NCBI RefSeq assembly: GCF_006345805.1
Contig: NC_042999.1
Coordinates: 96,968,001-97,032,000 of the forward strand
DNA from: Octopus sinensis
Lineage: Eukaryota
DNA: 64,000 bases
Direction: 5' to 3'
Shown: positions 11,732-23,569 of the stretch, piece after piece
Layout: every line of letters begins with the position of its first letter
Position numbering within the stretch: the first letter of the stretch is position 1
Position numbers and translations under genes: made by a program
The notes under the pieces: model-generated
The model's database searches: none
Told to the model about the DNA's origin: nothing
Seen by the model: only the letters and a program-made list of their open reading frames with translations

Positions 11732-13200
11732 AATATGTTACATTACTCGGTAGTCAAGATAAAACTCTGAGTTTCAGATGCCGAAGTGGAAATCCACAAC
11801 ACCATCTCTTCGGTTATCTGGCTATTTGAAACGTTATGAAAAAATACCGTTAAATAAAGGGAAATTACTCTGTTATAACTCTGCTTGCCTGCGTACTTAT
11901 ACATCGCTCGCATTTTTCGTCATAAAAATTATATAAAAATACATAAAAAATATATAAAAATATATAAAAATATATAAAAATATATAAATTCTTCTTGGGA
12001 CATAACATAGAAAGCATGTTCTATCTGTTTTCTTTAGGGGACCAAAAACGTAACAGAAATTTAGTCACATGTGGGCATGATCCGAAAACCTCTGTCCTTG
12101 TATTTAGACATGTAGTAGAGTCTAAGCTGCTTTTCCAGATAAGCCATCTCTCCATGTCGCATAGACCGCACCTTCCGCTGCCGTTAGTATAGGGCTTACA
12201 TCTGGCCAAAATCTTCCATTGTATGTTATAATCGACACCTTTATCTCTTAAAGACCAAATATGATTAGACAATTGTGTCGCTTTTCTTTTGTTCCAGTGC
12301 CTAAAGCTCAAAGTGTGGTTATTGAACCTGGCCTTGAAATTACCCTCTGTAAGGCCCACGTATTTCTTCGTCGAAACGGTGTCTTTAGTGGTTATAGAGT
12401 TTACGGTAGCTTCATATATGATGGTCTTGGACATGCAAGCTCCATTTAGCGGGCACAATTCTTTATTCCTGCATGAACAGCTGTTTTCTTCTTGTGTTTT
12501 TTGTATGTTATGTTTGATTATGTTTTTAAAATTGGTAGTTGAACTAAAACTAATTTTTAAATTGTGTCAATTGAAGAGTTTCCTATAAGTATGATTAACT
12601 GGAAAATGTCTATCTATCAGTGCTAGGAAATATTTACCTATATTGAAGGCCACCTCAATTGTCTAATCATATTTGGTCTTTAAGAGATAAAGGTGTCGAT
12701 TATAACATACAATGGAAGATTTTGGCCAGATGTAAGCCCTATACTAACGGCAGCGGAAGGTGCGGTCTATGCGACATGGAGAGATGGCTTATCTGGAAAA
12801 GCAGCTTAGACCCTACTACATGTCTAAATACAAGGACAGAGCTTTTCGGATCATGCCCACATGTGACTAAATTTCTGTTACGTTTTTGGTCCCCTAAAGA
12901 AAACAGATAGAACATGCTTTCTATGTTATGTCCCAAGAAGAATTTATATATTTTTATATATTTTTATATATTTTTTATATATTTTTTATGTATTTTTATA
13001 TAATTTTTATGACGAAAAATGCGAGCGATGTATAAGTACGCAGGCAAGCAGGGTTATAACAGAGTAATTTCCCTTTATTTAACGGTATTTTTTCATAACG
13101 TTTTCAAATAGCCAGATACCGAAGAGATGGTGTTGTGGATTTCCACTTCGGCATCTGAAACTCAGAGTTTTATCTTGACTACCGAGTAATGTAACATATT
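11732..13200. mobile_element. Young Penelope-like element 3' region as a divergent inverted pair
   Basis: GIY-YIG ORF on minus strand 12021-12458 (IIYEATV...KKYVGLTEGNFKARFNNH) and its partial copy on plus strand 12659-12910. Arms 11732-12275 and 12656-13200 are near-identical reverse complements. Confidence 0.92.
11758..11818 (-). ncRNA. Hammerhead-ribozyme-like motif with variant core (second copy at 13115-13174, plus strand)
   Basis: GATAA-CCGAAGA-GATG[22 nt]CATC-T-GAAA-CTCAGAG-TT-TTATC: helices I, II and a short III can all form; core CCGANGA instead of CUGANGA. Confidence 0.55.
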
Positions 13201-13427
13201 GTATAGATAAATTTCCTCTATTTACATAATATTGAGGTCTCTTTCTTTCTTTTGTTATCTTACCGTTTTATCAATATATATATATAATATATATTATATA
13301 TATATATATATATATACTTTATTTAAAGCATATTACTCTACCACTGGTATTTGAGTACTCTTTTTTCCACCTTGTTTCACATTAATGTGTTTACTCTGGT
13401 ATATATATATATATATATATATATATA

Positions 13428-13587
13428 CTTTATTTAAAAGGAGCAGAAATATCACAAAAACTGTTACTCAGAGTTTTATGTTCCCGTTCGTCGGACAGTT
13501 TTGTTAGAAAACAAGACTGTTCGACGAACGGGAACGTGAAACTCTGAGTAACAGTTTTTGTGATATTTCTGCTCCTTTTAAATAAAG
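13428..13587. repeat. Near-perfect 160-bp palindrome (78-bp arms, 4-nt loop) made of PLE-type terminal sequence
   Basis: CTTTATTTAAAAGGAGCAGAAATATCAC... versus ...GTGATATTTCTGCTCCTTTTAAATAAAG; four mismatches counted by eye. Confidence 0.9.
13516..13555 (+). ncRNA. Minimal hammerhead-like motif (variant core)
   Basis: ACTGT-TCGACGA-ACG GGAA CGT-GAAA-CTCTGAG-TA-ACAGT; the left palindrome arm carries the CCGACGA version on the minus strand. Confidence 0.55.
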
Positions 13588-13748
13588 CATATTAGTCTAC
13601 CTTTGTATTTAAGTACTCTTTCCCCCCACCCTTGTTTCACATTACACCGGTATATATATATACATGTTAAATATATATGATAAATATACATATATTAAAT
13701 ATATATATATATATATATATATTATATTTATATATATACGTATGTATG

Positions 13749-13782
<34 letters not shown>

Positions 13783-14165
13783 ATATATAATATATATTAT
13801 ATATATATATATATATGGGTGGGTGTGCACGTAATTTATATTTTGATATTTCTATTTCTATCTGTCTGGTACACAAAAATAAACCTGTTTGGCAAACCAA
13901 ACTTCTGTTATTGGCCCGGTAAAGATCGTAGCAATAAACGGTGTGGGATGGAGAGAGATACGGAAGGGTACGAATGGAATGACATTTTGTGGTTTATGCG
14001 AGGGAGTAGGGTCGGGTTGGTGTTCATGATGTGGTGTAAAAGTGCTTTATTTAGATTCGATGAACGTTGGAAAAAAATTAGTCAAAAAAAAAGGGAAAAA
14101 ATCATTTTAAGTCAGATTAAGGAGATATGACGTAGGGAATAAAATAAAATATAAACTAAAAGAAT

Positions 14166-14212
<47 letters not shown>

Positions 14213-14325
14213 TGTTGTTGTTGTTGTTGTTGTTGTTGTTGCTGTTGCTGTTATTGTTGTTGTTGTTGTTGTTGTTGTTATTGTTGCTGCTGCTGCTGAT
14301 GTTGTTGTTGTTATTGTTGTTGTTT
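14166..14325. repeat. Compound trinucleotide microsatellite (TAG)n-(TTG)n-(CTG)n
   Basis: Directly visible. Confidence 0.95.
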
Positions 14326-14335
14326 GCAAGAATCG

Positions 14336-14525
14336 TTAAAGCATCAAGAAAAAATGGGTTGTGGTGTTTCTTTCGGCTCTGTACTTTCTGAGTTCAAATA
14401 CGGCCACGGTGAACTTTGTTTTTCCTTCTTCCGGCGGTCGATTGAAATAAAATACCAGTAATGCACTGAGATCTATGGTTTCTGCTAATCCCCTCTCCTC
14501 AAAACTGCTGGCCTTAGAAACCATT
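14336..14525 (-). mobile_element. SINE family A copy
   Basis: Reverse-strand match to the core at 3700-3790. Confidence 0.7.
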
Positions 14526-14637
14526 ATTATTTTCTGATGGTCTGATAGTTGGAGTAAAGTAGGAGCTTTTAAACACTTTCATCGACCTTGATATAAGAAT
14601 AATATACGACCGTCGGAAAGTGGCGGGTGATACTTTG

Positions 14638-14693
<56 letters not shown>

Positions 14694-14734
14694 CCTCTCT
14701 CTCTCCTTGTGTCTTATATCTTTTATTTGTTTTA

Positions 14735-15065
14735 GTAATTTAGTTGCTTCCATGTTGGAGCACCGCCTTGAAGGGTTTTAGTCGAACAAATCTACCCTAG
14801 GGTTTATCGTTTGAAACCTAGTACTAATTCTAGCAGTCTTTTTGCCGAACAGCTAAGTTACGGGGACGTAAACACACCAACATAAATATATACATAAATA
14901 AATATATATACGTTGGGCTTCTTTCAGTTTCCGTCTACCTAAACCCCTCACAAGGCTTTGGTTGGCCCGGGGCTATAGTAGAAGACACTTGCCGAAGAAG
15001 CGCCGCAATGGGGCTGAATCCAGCACCATGTGGTTGAGAAGCAAGCTTCTTACCACACAGATCCG
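14735..15065 (-). mobile_element. SINE family B (CORE-like) copy
   Basis: Reverse-strand match to 20755-21158. Confidence 0.8.
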
Positions 15066-15754
15066 CCTGCATGATGTACAAAGTAAATGGATCTCTATCG
15101 ATTTATCTGATGAGTACTTAATTGTACACACTACATGCCCTCCCGCTGCTTGAACTGGCATGTAAGTGAATGAGTATTCCGCAATGATAAGTTCATCCTC
15201 AGACAAACGTAACTCTCAGACAAAATCAGCGTGATGTACTGTGTAACAAAGCTAAACCATTAAACTACTGGAGTGACCCAAATACTTTCCGTCTCTCTAA
15301 TTTCGCTCGTAAGTCTTTGTTTGAGCAGGTGCTATGGTAACTGACACTTATCTAAAATTTCGCACCGAGGCTTCTGGATTTCGAAACAGACTTCTTAGCT
15401 ATTCAACCAGGCTGTGACACACATTGACATACAAAGAGCACACGTGTATTTTAATTCACACATACACACATATATAAATGTGTGCGTATATGTGTGTATA
15501 TGTGTCTGTTTGTGTGTGTGCCTGTGCGTGGTTAACGAACAGAAGAAGAATAGAAAACAATACGTAGAATATTTACATCTTTTATTTACCGAGAAGCTAC
15601 AGTGACTGAAATTCCAAATTACTAACCAAACATAAGTTTGATAGGTGCCCAGCCAGGAAACTCTAGGCTCTTGAGTCTGTGCAGCTTTTTGACTGAAACG
15701 AAATATGTATGTGTGTGGTTCTGTTTCACTAAATATTATTATTATTGTGTGAGA

Positions 15755-16279
15755 GAGTAATACATGCCATCAAAGTGACAGAGGGGTACAAATATACGAA
15801 GCCCAATATACCCATCATGACTACTCGTCTGATAAGGGTACCCTAGACACATGCATCAAAACCATATGTGCGCGACATGGTGACCATATATCAAGATAAA
15901 CAGCACGTGCCCATTTAGAACTTTCTTCAGCTTGAGTAGCCCATCCAGCTCAAAAGATCCTTGAATGAGTGTTGTTTAAGGATGATGAACAAAGCACCCA
16001 TGTTTCCAAAGGTGAATTATTCAAACCCCAAAGCGTTCCTCTCAACACAGGGCTATGATGCTCCCCCGCTTCTCCCGCTCGTGATCTGATATGCACATAT
16101 TGTCAGTCACTAAGGGACATGCTCAACTAGTTAAAGTCAAGCAACTAACAAGCAAGCAAGTCTGTGGTATCGAGCAGAATATCTGCTGTAGCCTATCTTT
16201 TTACACCAAGACAAAACATGTACATGATAACACTTCTAATCAGTTAAGATCAGAAGCCATGGGAGCCACTGCGTGGGGA

Positions 16280-16285
<6 letters not shown>
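15755..16285 (+). mobile_element. ~530-bp non-coding interspersed element bounded by (ATT)n (second copy 41325-41865, minus strand)
   Basis: The two copies align along their length (e.g. CATGTACATGATAACACTTCTAATCAGTTAAGATCAGAAGCCA); both start and end in ATT/AAT runs. Confidence 0.8.
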
Positions 16286-16344
<59 letters not shown>

Positions 16345-16349
<5 letters not shown>

Positions 16350-16620
16350 TAGTCTTATTTTATCGTGTGCTTTCACTGCACTACCGAGCGCAGCTCTGAA
16401 TGCCTTGGGTATGTGCTGTGATTTGTTGTGGTGCTCTTATTTTCATTGTACTGAAAGTGTTTTATGATGTGTGCGGTGCCTAGTAGTGCTATTTTCCATG
16501 TGTTGTATATATTTGCAAATCCTGTTATTTTTGTTATGTATTTGTCTGAATGTTTTTCTTTTATCATACCTAATGCGCCTACAATAATATTATTTTTTTC
16601 TGTTTTTAGGCCCCACATTC
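16345..16620 (-). mobile_element. 3' end of an RLE-type (R4/Dong-like) LINE between ATT/CAT microsatellites
   Basis: ORF 16373-16618 IIVGALGMI...KIALLGTAHIIKHF matches the C-terminus of RLE non-LTR elements. Confidence 0.8.
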
Positions 16621-16629
16621 GATTTTATT

Positions 16630-16670
<41 letters not shown>

Positions 16671-17289
16671 TATTATTATTATTTGAGTTTCGAAAGAGAG
16701 AACACTTTTTCGCTGCTATAAGTTTTCTTTAAAATTTGTTTTATTTGTATTCGAACTTTTGTTGGACTGTATACTACATAAGCCAGTTTGCTTTCCTCGT
16801 AGAGAGCTGGTTTGGTGAAAAATTCACCCTTTAAAGGCAAATTTGGAGGTTCAAAATTTAAAATTTAATTTTTCAAAACAAAAAATAACTATATGGCTTC
16901 CCAACTCGAGGGAAATGATAGCTGTTCGAACAGCACTTATGAAATTATTTCACCACCACTAATTGACATGGTCAAGAGATAAATCATAAACAATAACATC
17001 ATCAACAACAGCAACAACAGCAGCAACAACAACAACAGCAACAACTGCAACAGAAGCAGCAGCAGTGACTAAGATGAAATATAAAATGACACAAGCACGA
17101 CCTCCACTACTGCCCCAGCACCAAGATTACCACCACTACCACCACCACCACCAATACAAACATTAATACAAAGAAAACAGAGGGTGTGCTTATTTTAAAA
17201 TAAAATGAGAAAGGTTTCGCACAAGCATGTCGTATATTGGAGAAAGTTGACATGTCAGGAAAAGCATTAAGTGACACCAAAATGCACTC

Positions 17290-18600
17290 AACAAAAATTG
17301 GAAGAACAGTATTTCTAAATGCGCCAGGAGAAATGTAAAAAAAACAGTGGAACTAGAGCGAGTGATGCAGGCCTAGATCAGAAAATGCCTGGCACCCGTC
17401 TGAGAGACGCTTTGGCACAGTTGAGGGGAAACTCCCAACTGAAGGAGTAGCCAATGGAAGTGCGACAACAATCTTCAAACGCAAAGAATTGTGTTTAATT
17501 TTTGACATACCTCAATCGGAAAGTGATTAAAATAAAGGTAGCAGAAATACCATTAGATGAGGGTATTTCTTGGCTGGTGGTAGCCACCAATGCACAAAAT
17601 GGGGGAAGGGAAATTGTTCAGGTAGGGGAATTGAATAATGGATACATACCGATCTGGAGAGTATCGAAACCAGAAGAAATACAAGACATTAAAAATAAGT
17701 ATTTTATACAAAAACCCAGGGGACTGCAGCGAGCAATGCAGGGGTAGATCGGAAAATGCCTAGTACCTGAATGAGAGACGCTTTGGCACAGTTGAGGTGA
17801 GATTCCCAACTGATCAACCTCCTTAAAGGTACACAGCTACTTGTAGCAGTCGAGAGTAGAAAGCCGAGACAAACCACTTAGAGGCTCTCTACTTCGTGCA
17901 AAGAAAAGGAGCCCCCCACTAACACAACAACAATAGCATCAAAAGCAATGACAGCACCATAAACACCAAAACCATCAGCACGAGTGCCAAGAGCAGCAGC
18001 ATCCAAAACTAATACAAGATCTTCAACAGAAGGAACAGCAGGAGAGATCCATTCAACAATGTCAGCCGTAAGCACCCGACGAAAACGTTCTGCTCTGCAC
18101 GCTCTCGTCCCGTGCCCAAGCATTGCTGACTTGTCCGTTTATGTCAAACACCTGCTGTCACGTGTAGGACAGATCTGGCTATCAGCTGAGTCTACTGTGA
18201 AGATTTTCTCGCCTTCTTCTTTAGGTCGAGAAGGGAAGGTAGTGTTAATTTGTTTTATATCCTTAGTGAAAGACGTTATGTAGAGGACAAGATTGAATGG
18301 GCTGATGACAGAAACTTTTCCCTTTGGTTAAGCCCTCATCAACTTTTTCAAGTTTCACTTGAAAAGTAATGTGAGGGTAGAAAAGGAAGCGCTACTTCCC
18401 AACAATTTTGTTGAATGGTGGAGGAATGTGACAAGAATTGTCCGTGTGAATGAGCCTTAAATTGAAAGAAAATGCAGAGACCACTTGCCCTAACAGTCAG
18501 GGAAACAGTGGATTTGTGGGATTTTCCCGAGTAGCTCTAGAAAGTCTCTCTCTTTGGGGAATTACACATCATTAGAATTTATTTTATCACCGTTTTTTTA
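17290..18600 (+). mobile_element. Internally deleted L1/Tx1-type LINE: two ORF1 fragments joined to the ORF2 C-terminus and 3' UTR
   Basis: RFGTVEVRFPT and TYLNRKVIKIKVAEIP align with ORF1 at 54671 (QYGTVEVYF, TYLGRRTSRVRV.EIP). 18055-18460 encodes LHALVPCPSIADL...FFKFHLKSNVRVEKE, like a Tx1 ORF2 end. Confidence 0.7.
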
Positions 18601-18949
18601 ATTTTTTTTACACGATTCTTTATGTAACCACTCATTGTATTGTCCAGTACTGTCCCCTATTGATATTGTTGTTGTTATCAAGTTAGTTCATGCTTATTTA
18701 AGTAGCTGGAGCATTATCTTGAAGTTTGGTGACAAGTCCCCACAAATATCAAGAACTTTTGAAGGGAATCTTGCAGAGTATGGTACTCTTCTGCAGGTCG
18801 GCAGTGCGAGACTCAGTTCCAATAACTTTCAGTCTTTTAGGTTTTATACATTTTTTCCTGTCCTTTATTTTAAAGACTCGATTCTGTGATAGCATTTCAT
18901 TACAGTTCTATTGTCGATTTGAATCCATCTTCTCCTAACCCTTAAAGCA

Positions 18950-19170
18950 GTATTTGGATAACGACCAGACCCACCTGCTGCACAGTGGAACACTTGCTGT
19001 ACGAGAGACCCTCAATCGGGGTTTGGATCTTATGAACGTATTTGTGATTATTTTCTTAGTTCTTTGGCATCACATTCATAAAACGTACTATGATGATGAG
19101 ATGTCACGAACACCAGTGTTTTTATCGAGACACCATATCTAGGGGGCTGCCAGCTAAGGTTAAGGCAACC
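18950..19170 (+). mobile_element. Probable LINE 3' end with (TTC)n-(TTA)n tail
   Basis: Frame TVEHLLYERPSI resembles the C-terminal zinc-knuckle region of non-LTR ORF2; ends directly in a microsatellite. Confidence 0.4.
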
Positions 19171-19171
19171 T

Positions 19172-19194
19172 TTCTTCTTCTTCTTCTTCTTCTT

Positions 19195-19283
<89 letters not shown>

Positions 19284-19310
19284 CATCATCATCATTATCA
19301 TCATTATTAA
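19172..19310. repeat. Compound microsatellite (TTC)n-(TTA)n-(TCA)n
   Basis: Directly visible. Confidence 0.95.
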
Positions 19311-20198
19311 CTAGTTAACTAAATAACCAACAAACTAATTGATTGTTTTATTAATCAGTTGATCAATCAATCAGCTAGTTAGTTTGTCAAAGTTTTTTCC
19401 TTACCCTGCGCTTTATCATCAATGACGTGTTCTTGTTACTTTAGGTTGGTCATGTTGTATACAAACTCGGATCGATCGAACGATTAATAAAACATTCGAG
19501 TAGTTTATTAATTAATTAATTAATTAACAAGTTGATTAATAAGGAGAAGAATAAATGGAAGCGAAATAGAGCAGATTTTTTTCTTTTTGGGGGGTCAAAA
19601 TGACTCTTTCTCCCTCTCTCTCTTTCTCTTTCTCTCTCTCTATTTCTCTCTCTGTCTCTTTCTCTCTCTCCTTCTTTCTCTTCCTCTCTCTCTCTCTCTC
19701 TCTTTCTCTCCTCTCTTTCTTTCTCTGTCTCTGAACATATAATAACATCTGTTTCAACTCAGGATCTCACATGAAGACTCTTGCAAAAGAAATACAAAAC
19801 GAAACATCTTACATGGTTTATTTTGAAATTTCTTCCACATTCCTTCTATTAATTTTGCCACGACTGAAACATTAAAACATTTTCAAAATTCATTTACTTT
19901 CTGTAATTTATTGCAAAACAGATATCGGAAAAGACTTCTGTCGTAAGCTACCGATGTTTCAATGCTTCGAGTTTTCCTACTACTATTTATATACTTCGCC
20001 GATATATATTACCGAATCATATGCACATAAATATCAACGCGCGCGTACAAACACACACACACACGTACACACACACACACATACATACATATTTGGCAAA
20101 AGAAATGATAATAAATAAAATGACCATCCCGAAGTACAGCAATATCTGTTTCAACACACGATTTCACATCAGCAATCTTGCAAAACGAATTGAAAAAC

Positions 20199-20310
<112 letters not shown>

Positions 20311-20375
20311 AATAAAATGAGACAATAAAGCCAAGGCTGTGGGGAATTTTCAGGACATTTATAAAGAGAGAGTTA

Positions 20376-20423
20376 GTCTTACAGCTGTTTCTGGGATATT
20401 ATGGATATGCCTTCATCAGAAAC
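20376..20423 (-). ncRNA. Minimal hammerhead ribozyme motif with intact core
   Basis: GTTT-CTGATGA-A-GGCATAT CCATA ATATCCC-A-GAAA-CAGCTG-TA-AGAC: canonical CUGAUGA and GAAA, GUA cleavage triplet, palindromic helix III (ACAGCTGT). Confidence 0.7.
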
Positions 20424-20635
20424 GATGTGAGGTGGTTAAATAGAAGAGTTCAATATAAGGAGTTATTTGGGAAAGGGTGGAAATAAGAAGTTACAAACAG
20501 ATGTATTTGTATAACGCTCAGGAATAGAAAAAGTCGTTTACGTTTCGAGCCTACGCTCTTCTACAGAATGGAACACAGAAAACAAGGAGAGAAAACAAAA
20601 TGTGCGTGTAGTGGCTAATGATCTATCATGGCGTC

Positions 20636-20702
<67 letters not shown>

Positions 20703-20704
20703 TA

Positions 20705-20740
<36 letters not shown>

Positions 20741-20754
20741 TAAATATATACATA

Positions 20755-21158
20755 GGCGTAGGAGTGGCTGTATGGTAAGTAGCTTGGTTACAAACCACAT
20801 GGTTCTGGGTTCAGTCCTTAGCGTGGCACCTTGGGCAAGTGTCTCCTACTATAGCCTCGGGCTAACCGAAGCCTTGTGAATGGATTTGGTAGACGGAAAA
20901 TGAAAGAAGCCCGTCGTATATATGTATATGTATATATATATATGTATGTGTATACGTTTGTGTGTCTGTGTTTGTCCCCCAACGTCGCTTGACAACCGAT
21001 GCTGGTGTGTTTACGTCCCCGTAACTTAGCGGTTCTGCAAAAGAGACCGATAGAATAAGTACTAGGCTTACAAAGAATAAGTTCTGGGATCGATTTGCTC
21101 GACTAAAGGCGGTGCTTCAGCATGGCCACAGTCAAATGGCTGAAACAAGTAAAAGAGT
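20755..21158 (+). mobile_element. Full-length tRNA-derived SINE family B (CORE-like)
   Basis: A-box-like TGGCTGTATGG, B-box-like GGTTCAGTCC, CORE-like GTGGCACCTTGGGCAAGTGTCT, internal TA/TG run; further copies in this window. Confidence 0.88.
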
Positions 21159-21351
21159 ATACACACACACATTTGTTTCGTATTTGTAAATTAACAGTGT
21201 TACCGATGACTTCATAGGGGGTGGGGTTGCATTTCTCAAGTGGAGCACTTGAGAAATACGAACGACCGACATTGGTAGTTCTGCTAATCCAATAGGATAT
21301 TTATTCATTAAACTAGGCGTTGGGTACACATTGTCACTGTTCTATACTACG

Positions 21352-21416
<65 letters not shown>

Positions 21417-21831
21417 TGTGTGCATGTCACAAAAATTCATACTGTGAAACCGGTTCCTTCTATCAGCCATTTGAACTGAGCATTATGCAATGAAATGTGA
21501 AAATTTTTGGTGGGGCTCAAGTGTCATATTAGGGCTTCACATTGCATAATCAATAACTCATTTCAATGATTTATTTCTAGTAGTGGCTTTGCTCCCATAC
21601 GAGAAAGTAGCCACTATATATGTATGTTCTCTTCTGTTTTTTAATTATTTGAATTCTTCCTCTGAAGTAGGAGCTGGTTTCTAACAGAGACACAAAGCTC
21701 AATCGCTGGAATGTCGATAACAAAAACAACATTACATTTTAAACTTGAGGAAAGTTTTACATATTTTTACTGTTACACTTATAGTCTTCGTAATATGCGA
21801 ATTAGTTGGTATGTATGTATCTACGTATGTA

Positions 21832-21880
<49 letters not shown>

Positions 21881-21941
21881 TATTACGGAGATGTACTCGC
21901 ATAGCAAGTAATTTGATCTGAGATCGTGTGCTGAAACGAAA

Positions 21942-22050
21942 ACAATTGCAGCGTGGAAGGTGTTTATAAGCTATTTAAGAAACATACAAAAGCCGTTCGA
22001 TTCACTTCGTTTCTTAAATGGCTTATAAACACCTTCCACGCTGCAATTGT
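21942..22050. repeat. Inverted repeat, 42-bp arms with 25-nt loop, next to (TA)n
   Basis: ACAATTGCAGCGTGGAAGGTGTTTATAAGCTATTTAAGAAAC versus GTTTCTTAAATGGCTTATAAACACCTTCCACGCTGCAATTGT, one mismatch. Confidence 0.9.
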
Positions 22051-23569
22051 AAATATATATATATATATATATATATATCGTGGTGCTGAGGTAACGTGTA
22101 ACCAATGTATTCACGCTCCTCTCAGTCATAGTTGGGTCAGCAACTAAACCGGCTCCCTTCTTGGTTCAGCTTGCTGAATCTTGGAGGAGGATGGGAGTGC
22201 GCCTATCAGAACTAAAAACAAGATCTGTTCAAACAAGGGCACAGGAGCGTTGTCCTTGTCCCTCATTGCACCAAACTAACACTCCAACGGCGGATTAAGC
22301 GGAGGAAGCTACATCTTCGAACTCAACGATTGATCCTAGCGGAAAAGGGCGATGCCAGACAGACTGGCTACAAACGCGCAACGCTAATAACATTGGAGCT
22401 AGCGGCATTCCGTTGTAACCCATCTTCCGGATCACGCATGTCACTCCAGGTAGTGCCACAGCAGAAGGATTTTGGGTCATAGTGCGTGGGGTTCCCCTTG
22501 GCAAGGGGATCTCCACTCCAAACGAATTCACACCATTGGCTCGTTTCTTTTTGATCCAACTCTCCCCGCTTCTTTTTTACAAAAGCCCAACAGGGATACG
22601 ATAAGGATGGTGGAAGCAGGTTTTGGTGAAACTAGAAGCTCCTAGTCTGGACCTGCACGTTGACGGCAGATAAAAGATGGCCGCCTTCCTGGATCCTGGT
22701 GACAACCCAGAGATCTGGTCCTACATCTGCGACTGGACAGGCCTATTTGGGAACACAACTGCTCACCCTGAATGGGGAAGACCCTAGATATATATATATC
22801 ACAATTCCCTATCTGGATATTTCCCCAATCCCCCACCTCTAATACACTTAGCTCTCCACAAAATGATTCCATCTTTGAACTTCTTTCTTTCAACACCTCA
22901 AATGAAAGATCTCTTCCCTGAAGAGGGAGGCTCGTCTCATCCAACGATGGAATCAATCTATAAACATTATTTTGGACCACCAGGCCCTAGAAACATCAGT
23001 TGGATTTGTAGTACTTTTCTACAACCCCTTTAATTCTTGATATTATTTCTATTCTGTGTAAGTCGGAACTTTTTGTATGTAAACATATATACATTTTTTT
23101 GTATTTCATAAACGATGTGGTTTTTAATACTTTTTTATTTTTCAAAATTAAGATTAAAAAAAGGTGTTTTTTAATCTAAAATATACTCTCCTTCATTTTC
23201 TACAATGCGCTTCCATCTATCTGATAAACTTTCAAGGCCCCTCTATGTTGGAGCGTGTTCATTTTTATTTTATCTATTTATTCACTATTTGCTGGTGTTC
23301 TTATTGATTGACACGTGTTTCGCCTTGCGGTCTTTCCGCCCCCTTCTCAACTGACCTCGTCTACAGAATTCATATTTTTTCGTGCAAATAATTTTGAAAA
23401 CTGCGGAATGAACGATAATCAGATGGAGCAATGTCCGGCGAATATGGTGAATGGGGCATCGTTTCCATTCAAACTGCTCCAGCATTTGGAATGTCATCCT
23501 CGCCCTATGTAGCTAAGCATCATCTCGATGGAAGAACACAATGGTCGTTTTTTCTTCTAGTGCTAACTT

